A stretch of DNA of 64,000 nucleotides from an uncultured Christensenella sp. (lineage in GTDB: Bacteria > Bacillota > Clostridia > Christensenellales > Borkfalkiaceae). The notes under the pieces are model-generated. The model ran no database searches. It was not told where the DNA came from and saw nothing but the letters and a program-made list of their open reading frames with translations. The position numbers were made by a program, and so were the translations under genes. Every line of letters starts with the position of its first letter. Within the stretch, counting starts at the first letter, position 1. Shown here one piece after another: positions 1 through 7,275 of the stretch. The stretch is from the NCBI GenBank assembly GCA_910585235.1, contig CAJUCM010000003.1, positions 15,649 through 79,648 of the forward strand. The letters run 5' to 3'.

Positions 1-35
1 TTGCAAAGCATACCGACCGTGACGTTTCCTTTTTC

Positions 36-398
36 ATGAGCGTAGGGATCATTTCCATCTTCATGAATCTGTGTACGAACGCAGGCGGGAACTTCGGGAT
101 CGCATGGGCGTACTTCGTGATCGCGCTCGCGTTTATCGCGCTCGGCTTTGCGGTGAGCAAATCGGGATCCGTCGCGTTCTACACTTCGATCGGTCCTTGG
201 TTCAAAACGCAGTTCTCCGATCTGAAATCGGCGGGATTCAATACGCTTTCCGCCGTCGTCTTTCCCGCGGGGATCGCGCTCTTCTTTGCGAACTACAAAA
301 AAGACCGCGCCTTTGCCAACGCCTGCGGAAAGGCGTCGCTCTGGGGGATCCTTTTATGGGGACTTCTCCTCTGGGCGATTTTGGGACTCGTTCTTTAA
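36..398 (+). CDS. small multi-pass membrane protein, possibly the C-terminal part of a longer protein
   Basis: ATG at 36, but no in-frame stop between nt 3 and 36, so the frame is open to the window edge. Product is mostly hydrophobic helices (GIAWAYFVIALAFIALGF, WGILLWGLLLWAILGLVL). A strong terminator follows. Confidence 0.5.
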   Translation: MSVGIISIFMNLCTNAGGNFGIAWAYFVIALAFIALGFAVSKSGSVAFYTSIGPWFKTQFSDLKSAGFNTLSAVVFPAGIALFFANYKKDRAFANACGKASLWGILLWGLLLWAILGLVL

Positions 399-411
399 TT
401 CAACCGTACAT

Positions 412-446
412 AAAAACTCCCGCGCTTGTTGCGCGGGAGTTTTTGT
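412..446. terminator. bidirectional rho-independent terminator
   Basis: 9-bp GC stem CTCCCGCGC/GCGCGGGAG (417-425/431-439) with a 5-nt loop. A-run upstream and T-run downstream. Lies between convergent genes. Confidence 0.8.
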
Positions 447-463
447 TATACCGCATACGGTTT

Positions 464-544
464 ACGGCGTGTCGGAGACGCCACGCCCTACGATTATACG
501 AACCCCCGTTTTTCCCTTAGGGCACGACGTCCGCGGCGTGCCGC
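464..544 (-). repeat. GC-rich palindromic extragenic element, copy A (REP-like or small structured RNA)
   Basis: Termini ACGGCGTGTCGGAGACGCCACGCCCTACG ... TAGGGCACGACGTCCGCGGCGTGCCGC are near-identical to 10040-10140. Arms 477-490/518-531 form a 14-bp helix whose three plus-strand C.A mismatches become G.U pairs on the minus strand. Confidence 0.6.
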
Positions 545-546
545 TT

Positions 547-1578
547 TTAATCGATATAAATATCTCTGATCGGACCGAGGGCGCGCATGGAACCGTCGGG
601 GATAATTTTATCGAACTTCCGCCTCATCTTCTTCGTGATCCCGAACACGTAGAAAAAGGGCAGAACGTCGTAAAAGTAATCGGGAAATTCCTCGACAAGC
701 GCTTCCAGCCTATTCTTATCGGCAACCGTTAAAAACCGCTTGAACGAACATACCTTTCCGTAGATTTGCAGATCCTCTTTTTTTCTGAAATCCGCCTTTT
801 CCGCAAACCAGCTGACCGTCAGAACGAGAACAAGGATAGCAACGCCGATCGAAATACGGAACAGCGTCGAAGACGGAACGATGAAGAGCGCCGCAAGCAA
901 CGGAACGCCGCCCCACACCGCCATAAACGGTACGCGCACGATCGCGGGCTCCGGCATAAACTTCATTAAAAACACGCCGATCACGGGAAAGAGCATAATG
1001 AGGGCGATCGGGGCTTCCGTGTGAAAGCTGATGAGAATACCGATAAAAAACGCAAGGACCGCCGCGCCGATTTTCATGGCGAGAGAAATGATCTTTCCCG
1101 TTTTTCCGATGACCGAGCGGGAGAGCTTCTTGCAATCGTTTATCGTTTCGTCGTAAGCCTTATCGACGGATTTCGTTGCGGCGAGCGTATAAAACTCGTC
1201 CTCTTTCCCGCGAAACATGGAGCTGAAAAGCGTGAGTTCGCAGTCATAGGTTTTCCGATTCGTCCTTCCGCTCTCTTCAAAGGGGAGCAACCACTTCTTT
1301 TTTGTGATTTTCAGTCCCCTGCCGTCCTCTTCGACGGTGATGAAACCCTGATCCGCCCAATACAGCAACAGCGGCGTAAAGAGCGCGTTCGCCTTTACCC
1401 GTCTTGCGGAATACACGAGCGCGGCGTCGATCGGGGAATATCCTTTGGGCGCAAAAAATTCCACGGGTTTGATGATGTTCTTTTTTCTGATATAGGAGAC
1501 GAGATCGACCCCGATGCAAAAGAGAAGAAAGATACCAGACAGGATCATGGATGTAAGAAAAATCCCGAATTCGCTCAT
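547..1578 (-). CDS. DUF2207-like polytopic membrane protein (short form)
   Basis: N-terminal TM helix, then PKGYSPIDAALVYS...LLLYWADQGFITVEE (resembles the DUF2207 cytoplasmic segment), then several C-terminal TM helices. Paralogous to the next gene. Confidence 0.55.
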   Translation of the reverse strand: MSEFGIFLTSMILSGIFLLFCIGVDLVSYIRKKNIIKPVEFFAPKGYSPIDAALVYSARRVKANALFTPLLLYWADQGFITVEEDGRGLKITKKKWLLPFEESGRTNRKTYDCELTLFSSMFRGKEDEFYTLAATKSVDKAYDETINDCKKLSRSVIGKTGKIISLAMKIGAAVLAFFIGILISFHTEAPIALIMLFPVIGVFLMKFMPEPAIVRVPFMAVWGGVPLLAALFIVPSSTLFRISIGVAILVLVLTVSWFAEKADFRKKEDLQIYGKVCSFKRFLTVADKNRLEALVEEFPDYFYDVLPFFYVFGITKKMRRKFDKIIPDGSMRALGPIRDIYID

Positions 1579-2624
1579 AACAGCGCCCCCCTTTCACCGC
1601 GGTACCATTCGGGCAATTGCTCGCTGCGGAATTTCGGTTTAAGAACCTGGGCGCAGCCAATCGTATAGAGGAAAGGAAGGAGCTCGTAATAGCGCTCCGG
1701 ATCGACCGCTTTTTTATTGCAAAAGAAGAGATAATTCCTGAAATTAAAGAGATCGGAATATTCTTTGAGATTCTCCTTTTCCCGATAGTCGGCAAAGAGG
1801 ATAAAGATAAACGTGCCGAGCGCGTAAAAGATAAGCGCCGCAAGCCCGAAATACCACGGATCGTAAGCGACCTGCTGAAAATAAGTCGTCACGATCGCAA
1901 TATAGGGAAGCCCGCCCCATAGCGAGAAAAAGGGATAGCGGATCGCGGGCGGGATCACGATCACATATTTGAGCGCCAGCACCCCGATGACCGAAAAAAT
2001 CGAAAGAGCGATAAACAATGCCTCGCCCGTATCGTAAGTCGCCCAGGCGACCGCCATAAAGTACGGGACAAAACAGAGGATCTGCGTTACGATTTTCAGA
2101 ATAAAGTGTCCCGCTCCGAACACCCCTTCGTTTTCGCCGATCGAAAAACTCTTATTTACCGATTCGGCGGATTTGCGCGTGATGAGCGGGGCGTTGATGT
2201 TAATATCCCTGTACCCGCTCTTAATATCTCTTCCGGAATAGTTTTTCATGTTGTCGCGCGCGAAAATATAGTTAAAAATTTCCCGTTCCCGAACGTAAGT
2301 CCCGCGGTCGTAAAATTCCGCCTCTTTGTGCGGGGGCATCTCTTTGAGCTTCCTTACGCGCACGGTATTCTTCGCGCGTCCCTCGATCTCGATATAGCCC
2401 CTCTGCGCCCACCAAACGAGGAGCGCGCGGGTGAGCGCCTGCGGGCGCGTCTTGCCTTTCATGACGCGCTGATAGTCGAGCGGGGAAAACCCCTTGGGAA
2501 GTTCGTTCACAAACTTCTTTTTTACATGGAATAACGCGCGGCAACCGAACGCGACGTCAAAGACGAGCACCGTCCCGATACAGCCGAACGCAATCGCCGC
2601 GGCGATCACATAAAAAACGTTCAT
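1575..2624 (-). CDS. DUF2207-like polytopic membrane protein, tandem paralogue
   Basis: Start moved to the internal ATG (MNVFYVIAAAIAF...), because the upstream part of the track ORF overlaps galM in another frame. Carries PKGFSPLDYQRV...LLVWWAQRGYIEIEG. Overlaps the downstream paralogue by 4 nt. Confidence 0.55.
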   Translation of the reverse strand: MNVFYVIAAAIAFGCIGTVLVFDVAFGCRALFHVKKKFVNELPKGFSPLDYQRVMKGKTRPQALTRALLVWWAQRGYIEIEGRAKNTVRVRKLKEMPPHKEAEFYDRGTYVREREIFNYIFARDNMKNYSGRDIKSGYRDININAPLITRKSAESVNKSFSIGENEGVFGAGHFILKIVTQILCFVPYFMAVAWATYDTGEALFIALSIFSVIGVLALKYVIVIPPAIRYPFFSLWGGLPYIAIVTTYFQQVAYDPWYFGLAALIFYALGTFIFILFADYREKENLKEYSDLFNFRNYLFFCNKKAVDPERYYELLPFLYTIGCAQVLKPKFRSEQLPEWYRGERGALL

Positions 2625-2641
2625 TGTTTTACCCGATAAGA

Positions 2642-3679
2642 TTATTTTGCAGTAAAGCGGTAGGCGGCGTGAAAGCGATACTCTTCCCCCGCTCCGAGAA
2701 TGGAGCTTCCCTTTTCGGCATACTCCGGCACGTTCACGTTGTTGGGGATCGCCTGCGTTTCCAAGCAGAATCCTCCCCGTTTTACATACGTTCCGCTCTT
2801 TCCCTTTTGCGAAAGCCCGTTGCCCGCATAGAACTGCACGGCGGGCATATCGGTAAAGCACTCCATCACGATCCCCGTTACGGGACTTTTGACTTCCGCA
2901 TACTTTACATATTCCCCGCACTTGTTTTTGAGAACGTGGCAGTGGTCGTAACCGTTCCCCTGTTTCAGATCGGTGTCGTCCGCGTCAATATCTTTTCCGA
3001 TCTCCTTGGGCGTATTGAAATCGAACGCCGTCCCTTTGACTGCGCGGTATCCGCCCTCCGGAATCATGGTGGGAGAAGTGGGCGTAATAAAGTCGCAGTC
3101 GATCTGCATGAGATGATTCAGAACGTCTCCGTTGCCCTCTCCGTTCAGATTGAAGTAAGCGTGATTGGTGAGATTCACGCAGGTCTTTTTATCGCTCATC
3201 GCGCGATACTCGATTTTCCATTCCCCGTTCCTGAACGAATAGACGACTTCCACGTTGAGATTTCCGGGGTAGTTCTCCTCCATATCGGGAGAGAGCAATT
3301 GCAATTTCAGCCGATCTCCCTCGATCGAAGCGTTCCAGATTTTTTTATTAAAGCCGATCTTTCCGCCGTGCAGATGATTGCCCCTGTCGTTGAGATAGAG
3401 ATTGTATTCCTTGCCGTCGATCACGAGCTTCCCCTTGCCGATCCGGTTGCCGAATCTGCCGATGAGCGCGCCGAGATAACCTCCGTTGTTTTCGTATTCC
3501 GAAACGGTTTGATAGCCGAGGATCACGTCCGTAAGATTGCCGTTTTTGTCGGGAATTAGAATCTGCTGAACGATCCCCCCTAAATCGAGTACCGTCATGG
3601 AGCTTTGTCCATCGTGCAGGGTATATGCGGTGACGGTTTTTCCGTCCGCGGTTTTTCCGAACTGTTTTGCAGTGATCAT
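2642..3679 (-). CDS. galM: aldose 1-epimerase (galactose mutarotase)
   Basis: GRFGNRI, NHLHGG, NLTNHAYFNL and FCLETQ motifs typical of the aldose epimerase family. Start set at MITAKQFGK. Confidence 0.9.
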   Translation of the reverse strand: MITAKQFGKTADGKTVTAYTLHDGQSSMTVLDLGGIVQQILIPDKNGNLTDVILGYQTVSEYENNGGYLGALIGRFGNRIGKGKLVIDGKEYNLYLNDRGNHLHGGKIGFNKKIWNASIEGDRLKLQLLSPDMEENYPGNLNVEVVYSFRNGEWKIEYRAMSDKKTCVNLTNHAYFNLNGEGNGDVLNHLMQIDCDFITPTSPTMIPEGGYRAVKGTAFDFNTPKEIGKDIDADDTDLKQGNGYDHCHVLKNKCGEYVKYAEVKSPVTGIVMECFTDMPAVQFYAGNGLSQKGKSGTYVKRGGFCLETQAIPNNVNVPEYAEKGSSILGAGEEYRFHAAYRFTAK

Positions 3680-3791
3680 AATGCTCTCCCGTCCCTTTAT
3701 CCATACAAAGGGAATTATAATATTTATTTTGATTATATCACACGATTTTCCGTTTGTAAATAAAAAATGAGAAGTCGCACAAACTTCCCGT

Positions 3792-4472
3792 ATGCAGAAA
3801 CGCTTTATTCCGGTCGCGTTATTCTTTGTTGTGCTACTCATGATCCTTGCGCACTTTACGGGCAGAGCGCTCGCCGTTCCCGCATCCTTTACCTATGCGG
3901 AGGAAAAATGCGTCTATCTCACGTTCGACGACGGTCCCAGCAATTCGGTCACGACCCCCATTCTCGACACGCTCAAAAAGGAGGGCGTCAAAGCGACTTT
4001 CTTTGTCGTGAGCGACCGCGCCCACGGAAGAGAGGACGTTCTGAAAAGAATCGCAAACGAGGGACACACGATCGGCGTGCATTCCGCAACGCATAAGTAT
4101 TCCGAGATCTATGCCTCGGAAAAATCGCTTTTGAAAGACATCGATACCTGCGCCGCCTTTATTAAAAAGACGGCGGGCGTTACGCCGAGCGTCTACCGTT
4201 TTCCGGGCGGAATGTCAAAAAGCGACAGTCGGCGGGAGGTCGTGAAAGCGCACGGCTACCGCATTATCGACTGGAACGCCGTCTGCGGAGACGAAGAGAT
4301 CAGAAACGCGAGCACGGAAACGCTAGTAAAAACTTCGCTCGAAACGGCAAAGGGCAAGGCAAAAGTCGTGCTTTTACTGCACGACTCCGCCACGCACAAG
4401 GCGACCGCCCAAGCCCTTCCCGAAATCATTTCAGAATTCAGAAAACAGGGCTATACGTTCCGCGCCTATTGA
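3792..4472 (+). CDS. polysaccharide deacetylase (NodB/CE4 domain), membrane-anchored or secreted
   Basis: N-terminal hydrophobic signal or anchor. Carries VYLTFDDGPS and HTIGVHSATH NodB motifs. Confidence 0.85.
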   Translation: MQKRFIPVALFFVVLLMILAHFTGRALAVPASFTYAEEKCVYLTFDDGPSNSVTTPILDTLKKEGVKATFFVVSDRAHGREDVLKRIANEGHTIGVHSATHKYSEIYASEKSLLKDIDTCAAFIKKTAGVTPSVYRFPGGMSKSDSRREVVKAHGYRIIDWNAVCGDEEIRNASTETLVKTSLETAKGKAKVVLLLHDSATHKATAQALPEIISEFRKQGYTFRAY

Positions 4473-7186
4473 CCTACTTTCAAAGAATGCTTTTTTGCGC
4501 GACCACGTCTTTTTACGGGGCGCGCTTTTTGTTTGCGCGCCTTTGAAATTGCGCAGACCGCCATATCCACAACCGCGCCGATCGGCACAATACTCAGCGA
4601 CAACCCCATGACGGCGAGCCACTGCACGGCGTTGAGCGAAGTAAGCCCGAAGATCAGCCTGAGCGGCGGGCATACGACGAGAAGAACGTTGACGAGAATC
4701 CCCGCCGCCACCGTGAGAAGAAGGGTCCTGTTCGAGAAGAACTTTTTGAAACGGTTCCCACCCCCGTCCCGCCTGACGTTGAACGCATGGAAGAGTTCGA
4801 GAAGCGACAGCGTTACGAACGCCGCCGTGCTCGCAACGCCGTTCCCCCATTCGCGGAGCGCGAACACGAAGAGCCCGACGACGATCGCCGTCTGCACAAG
4901 CCCGTAGAACGCCATTTCGAGAAGGGACTTTTTGGAGAATATTTCCTTTTCCGAAACGGGCGGTCGGAGCATGGCGTTTTCCGTGCGCTCCACGCCGAGG
5001 GCGAGAACGGGCAGAGAATCGGTGATCAGATTCACGAACAGAAGCTGCGTTGAAGTGAGAAATTCGTACTTCCACAAAAAGAGCGAGACGATCAGAACCG
5101 CCAGCACTTCCGCAAGGTTCGTCGCAAGGAAGAACGAAATCGTCTTTTTGATATTGTAGAATACGTTCCGCCCCTCCTCGATCGCGTGCGTCATGGTCTT
5201 GAAGTCGTCGTCGGTGATAACCATGTCCGCGGCGTTCTTGGTGACGTCCGTCCCCGATCCCATGGCGACGCCGATGTCTGCCGTCTTGATCGAGGGCGCG
5301 TCGTTCACCCCGTCGCCCGTCATGGCGACGACTTCCCCGTGCGACTGCAACGCGCGGACGATCTCCGTCTTGTGCTTGGGCGATACGCGGGCATATACCG
5401 AATAGCCCTTGACGCGGCGGAAAAACTCCTCTTCCGTCATGGCGTCGATCCCGTCGCCCGTGATGACCTCTTTGGGATCGGAGGCGATCGAGAGGCGCTT
5501 TGCGATCGCAAACGCGCTCTCCGCGCTGTCGCCCGTGATCATGACCGTGCGCACACCCGCGCGCCTGCACGCCAGCACGGCTTCCTTTGCGCCCGCTTTG
5601 GGCGGATCGAGCATGGCGGCGAATCCCAAAAAGGTCAGATTCTCCTCGCGCACCTCGTGCAGGAACGCGCCCTCGGCAAACGCCAGAACGCGCATGGCTT
5701 TTGACGACGCCTCTCTGATTTTATTTTCGATCGCGGCGCGCGTTTTCCCGTCGAGCGGAACGATCCCCTCTTCCGTGAAAACTTTGTCGCACTTTTTGAG
5801 AAGAACGTCCGCGCCGCCCTTGACGTACAGGCGCGTTTTTCCGCCGTGTTCGGCGGCGACGCTCATCATCTTGCGTTCGGAGGAAAAGGCGATCCCGCCG
5901 ACCGCTCTCGCCTCGTATAAATATCCGCATTGATCCGCGTATTCCGAGAGCGCGATCTCGGTATGATCCCCCACGTAGCCGTCCGCACTCCTTTTCAGGG
6001 AATGACATACGCGGATACATTCCAAAAGACGGTTCTGCGCAGCGGTTCCCTCGTACTTTTCTTCCCCGTCCGAAGAAAAGCGGGTCGCGATCTCCTGCAC
6101 CGTCATTTTGTTTTCGGTCAGCGTTCCCGTCTTATCCGAACACACCACCGTACAGCCGCCGAGCGTTTCCACCGCGGAGAGCTTCCGCATGACGGCGCGC
6201 GACTTTGCCATACGCTGTACGCCCATGGCGAGGATAATGGTGACGACCGCGCCCATGCCCTCCGGGATCGCGGCGACCGCCACCGCGACCGCGTTCATCA
6301 CGTTCTGCAAAAAGCTCACTCTGTGCGAGAGGATCCCGCCCAGAAAGAGAATGAGCGCGACCGTAAGAACGCTGATCGAGATGATCTTTCCGAGCTTTAC
6401 GATCGTCTTATCCAAGGGGGTGGGCGCGAGCTTGCTCTTTTCGAGAAGATTCGCGATCTTGCCCATCTCCGTATCCATGCCCGTGGCGGTCACGACGCAC
6501 CGCGCCGATCCTTTGACGCAGAACGTGGAGAAATGCGCCGTGTTCTTCCGCTCCGCGAGCGCGGACTTCGTCACGACGCAGTCGCACTTTTTCACGGGCT
6601 TGCTCTCCCCCGTGAGCGCGGACTCGTCCGTGCGGAAATCGTCGCTTACGAGCACGCGGCAGTCGGCGGGGATCCTGTCCCCCTCTTCAACCTCGACGAT
6701 GTCCCCGACGACGATCTCTTCGGCGTTGAGAACGACGACTTTTCCGTCCCGCACCGCCTTTGCCTCGGTCACGGACATCTGTTTGAGTTTTTCGATCGCC
6801 GAGTCCGCACGGTTCTGCTGTAAAAACCCGACGAACGCGTTGAGGAGAATGATAAAGAGCAGAATGCCCGTGTCGGCAAGCTCGCTCTTATCCCCCGTTA
6901 CAAACGCCAGAACGCCCGAAAGAAACGCCGCCAAAACCAGTATGATCGTCATAAGGTCTTTGAACTGCGCAAAGAAAATGCCGAGCTTACTCTTCTTTTT
7001 GCCCTCTTTCAGCGCGTTCCTTCCGTTTTGTTCGAGGCGCCTTTTCGCCTCTTCGGAAGAAAGCCCCGCTTCGGACGTCAGAAAGGATTTCAGCACCTCT
7101 TCCTTTTTCAGAAGATACTGTCCGTTGTCCTTTTCGGCAGGTTCGGTCGGGGTAGCTTTTTTACGTTTCGATCCCTTTGTTCTCAT
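4466..7186 (-). CDS. P-type cation-transporting ATPase, Ca2+ (PMCA/SERCA-like) type
   Basis: CSDKTGTLTENKM phosphorylation site, TGDGVNDAPSIK hinge, TGES actuator motif and multiple TM helices. Start set at MRTKGSKRKK. The 3' end overlaps the convergent deacetylase gene by 7 nt. Confidence 0.9.
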   Translation of the reverse strand: MRTKGSKRKKATPTEPAEKDNGQYLLKKEEVLKSFLTSEAGLSSEEAKRRLEQNGRNALKEGKKKSKLGIFFAQFKDLMTIILVLAAFLSGVLAFVTGDKSELADTGILLFIILLNAFVGFLQQNRADSAIEKLKQMSVTEAKAVRDGKVVVLNAEEIVVGDIVEVEEGDRIPADCRVLVSDDFRTDESALTGESKPVKKCDCVVTKSALAERKNTAHFSTFCVKGSARCVVTATGMDTEMGKIANLLEKSKLAPTPLDKTIVKLGKIISISVLTVALILFLGGILSHRVSFLQNVMNAVAVAVAAIPEGMGAVVTIILAMGVQRMAKSRAVMRKLSAVETLGGCTVVCSDKTGTLTENKMTVQEIATRFSSDGEEKYEGTAAQNRLLECIRVCHSLKRSADGYVGDHTEIALSEYADQCGYLYEARAVGGIAFSSERKMMSVAAEHGGKTRLYVKGGADVLLKKCDKVFTEEGIVPLDGKTRAAIENKIREASSKAMRVLAFAEGAFLHEVREENLTFLGFAAMLDPPKAGAKEAVLACRRAGVRTVMITGDSAESAFAIAKRLSIASDPKEVITGDGIDAMTEEEFFRRVKGYSVYARVSPKHKTEIVRALQSHGEVVAMTGDGVNDAPSIKTADIGVAMGSGTDVTKNAADMVITDDDFKTMTHAIEEGRNVFYNIKKTISFFLATNLAEVLAVLIVSLFLWKYEFLTSTQLLFVNLITDSLPVLALGVERTENAMLRPPVSEKEIFSKKSLLEMAFYGLVQTAIVVGLFVFALREWGNGVASTAAFVTLSLLELFHAFNVRRDGGGNRFKKFFSNRTLLLTVAAGILVNVLLVVCPPLRLIFGLTSLNAVQWLAVMGLSLSIVPIGAVVDMAVCAISKARKQKARPVKRRGRAKKHSLKVGQ

Positions 7187-7275
7187 ACGGTTACAATATG
7201 ATTTTCGGGACAAGATTATGACAGATACAAAAACGCCCGTATGCCGATTGCATACGGGCGTCATTGAAAGCGATT

